This document shows, one piece after another, positions 60,751-62,602 of a stretch of 62,602 nt of DNA (within the stretch, counting starts at the first letter, position 1; each line of letters opens with the position of its first letter). Position numbers and translations under genes: made by a program. The stretch comes from Thelocarpon superellum (taxonomy: Eukaryota): positions 1-62,602 of the forward strand of contig JAPEUG010000061.1 of NCBI GenBank assembly GCA_026025795.1, given 5' to 3'. A model generated the notes under the pieces. The model was not told the DNA's origin and made no database searches. It was given only the letters and a program-made list of their open reading frames with translations.

Positions 60751-61891
60751 ATGGTCGACGAGTCGACAGCGGAGTCCAGCGTCAAGGCTCCGACGGCGAC
60801 CGAATCTAAACGCAAGCCCCTTGCTCCACAGCATTTCCCAATCTTGTCCATCCTGCAGCAGGATCAGCACAAGATGTCCCAGCCTCCGAAGAATATGCTG
60901 CTGGCGAAAATCATCAATCTCGAGGGAGCGCCTGGCGAGCAGCTGTGCGTTCAATGCTTCGAGGACTTGCGAGTTGGAAAGCAGGCCAACTGCAAGTATC
61001 TGTCGGAGTATTTTAAAGGAACCATATGCTCTCGCTGCCTCATCAAAGGTCATAAATGTGTCCAGGTATGCGATGCTCCTGTGAACTCAGATGACAGGCG
61101 CTGATGGTGATGTCTGAAGGTCCCCGTGGAGTTCAAGGCCCTCGCAGCCTCCATCATCCGTCGGTTGGAGCAGGGAGGTGACGTTTTGCGCCAGAAAACG
61201 GCACAGCGGAAGACCTTCATAAATGATATCGACCGCCTCGTGAGCGAATGTGGGGCCCTCTCGGCGACACGTCAGTTGGAGGTGGCGTCTTCCTCGACCC
61301 AGGTATGTTCGCGGCTTCTTTGTTAGCGTGAAGGCGGGCTAAAATGTCGAGAAGCGCCTCACGACGCCAGGAACGAGCACCAGCATCGCCAAGAAGGGGG
61401 CGATGGGGCCTGCTCGTGTCAGCGGGGGGACGGGCAAGAACGCCGATGTGAAGGGCAAGGGCGCCTCGACCTCCCCAGCCTTCCAAGCGCCTCTGAAGAA
61501 GGGGAAGGAGGTGAAGTTCGCAGGGGCGGCCGCGCACGACGCCAGTGCCAGCGCAGATGGTGGGGACGCTCCCCACGTCACAGCAGACTTTTTCGTACCC
61601 GAGCAGTTCCCCGAACCAACGCCAAACCCGGACATCCTCTCCTCCGAGGCCACCCAGGAGCTCCAATCAATCCGCGAATTGATGGAGCGAATGGTTGGCG
61701 GTCTGGAGATCCTCCGCGGCGAAGTGGGGGCGCTCAGCACCACCGTGACCAAGCTCGCCGAGGACGTCGACCACCTCAACGTGTTGCAGGCGTCGGCGTT
61801 CCAACGCGAGATGTCATGGGAGCAAGCGAGCGAGGAGGCCCGCATCCAGCGATCTCAGGCGAGATCGCTGGAGCGCTCCTTGCTCGACTGA
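60751..61891 (+). CDS. hypothetical protein with variant six-cysteine (Zn2Cys6-like) motif and C-terminal coiled coil, 3 exons
   Basis: C-x2-C-x11-C-x11-C-x2-C-x6-C in exon 1. Two GTATG… introns (about 61066-61119 and 61303-61351/61354) join the three ORF-track fragments in frame. Confidence 0.6.
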
Positions 61892-62437
61892 GCGAAGAGG
61901 ATGGACGAGGGGGGCAGTCACGGCGCGAGGGGACGGCCAGAGATCACGAGGGGGGCGGTCACGAGACAAGGGGGACAGTCAAGATCACGAAGACGTGTAG
62001 AGCCGATCGATACCAGCTTGTGGAGTGAAGAGAGGGGGAAAAGCGATGGAGCGCTCCTTGCGTGAAGATTCCAAGTAGCTATAGCGAGAGACCGAGAGAT
62101 TGACCGCATGCCATCCGTCACGTCAATACATGTCCCACGTGCGCCGCTGTGAAATATTGCACCAGTCGCACTACACTGCCACACGCGTGAGTCAGTCAAT
62201 CAATCAATCCATCCATCCGATCGGGATCTGTATGTCAGAGGCGCAGGAGACGATCAAGCCGTACAGTCACCTCATTCGAGCCCTCGTTATGCTGGATGCA
62301 ATAGCCGCCCTTGCAGCTTCTACAATGTCGGACCGTCTCGGCGGTACACCTGGCGCACTGAGTCGAGCATCAGATCCGATCCGACCACACGTGTTCAATC
62401 AAATCATATCGTCATCATCATTGTCACGTTAGGTGTG

Positions 62438-62497
62438 GGGCAGGGCAGGGCAGGGCAGGGCAGGGCAGGGCAGGGCAGGGCAGGGCAGGGCAGGGCA
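62438..62497. repeat. (GGGCA)x12 pentanucleotide microsatellite, G-quadruplex-capable
   Basis: Twelve GGG tracts separated by CA. Confidence 0.95.
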
Positions 62498-62602
62498 GGT
62501 CGCGTCATGTCACGTACGCAATGTCCACATTCAAAGCAGTTCCGCGTCACGCCCATCTGTAGCGAGAGTCACCGTCAGCTTCTCGGGCTGAGACTGGAGA
62601 AG

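Overview
Gene-dense, GC-rich genomic DNA from a filamentous ascomycete (Pezizomycotina-type: short GT-AG introns with CTRAC/CTRAT branch sites). About 21 protein-coding genes can be reconstructed by hand. Most are housekeeping: glucosidase II beta subunit, Rtf2, Trf4/Cid14-type poly(A) polymerase, Pex30-family peroxin, Pam16, an Ara2-like aldo-keto reductase, Sip5, a Ufd1-domain zinc-finger protein, mitoribosomal mL50, a Cqd1-type UbiB kinase, Hri1, a Gre2-like ketoreductase, TOR kinase, an MFS transporter and a TMEM135-like protein. Two signals stand out that the ORF track does not explain. (1) A ~650-nt, densely base-paired non-coding element with + strand G-U pairs lies between the ketoreductase and TOR genes. 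It carries a repeated UUAAGGU hairpin apex and an orphan 5' splice site/branch-point pair, and I could not match it to a known RNA family. (2) Two different 25-aa intron-split metallothionein genes flank a small secreted PhiA-like gene in a 5-kb interval. No transposon, rRNA, tRNA or CRISPR array was recognised. All family assignments come from motif recognition, not database searches.
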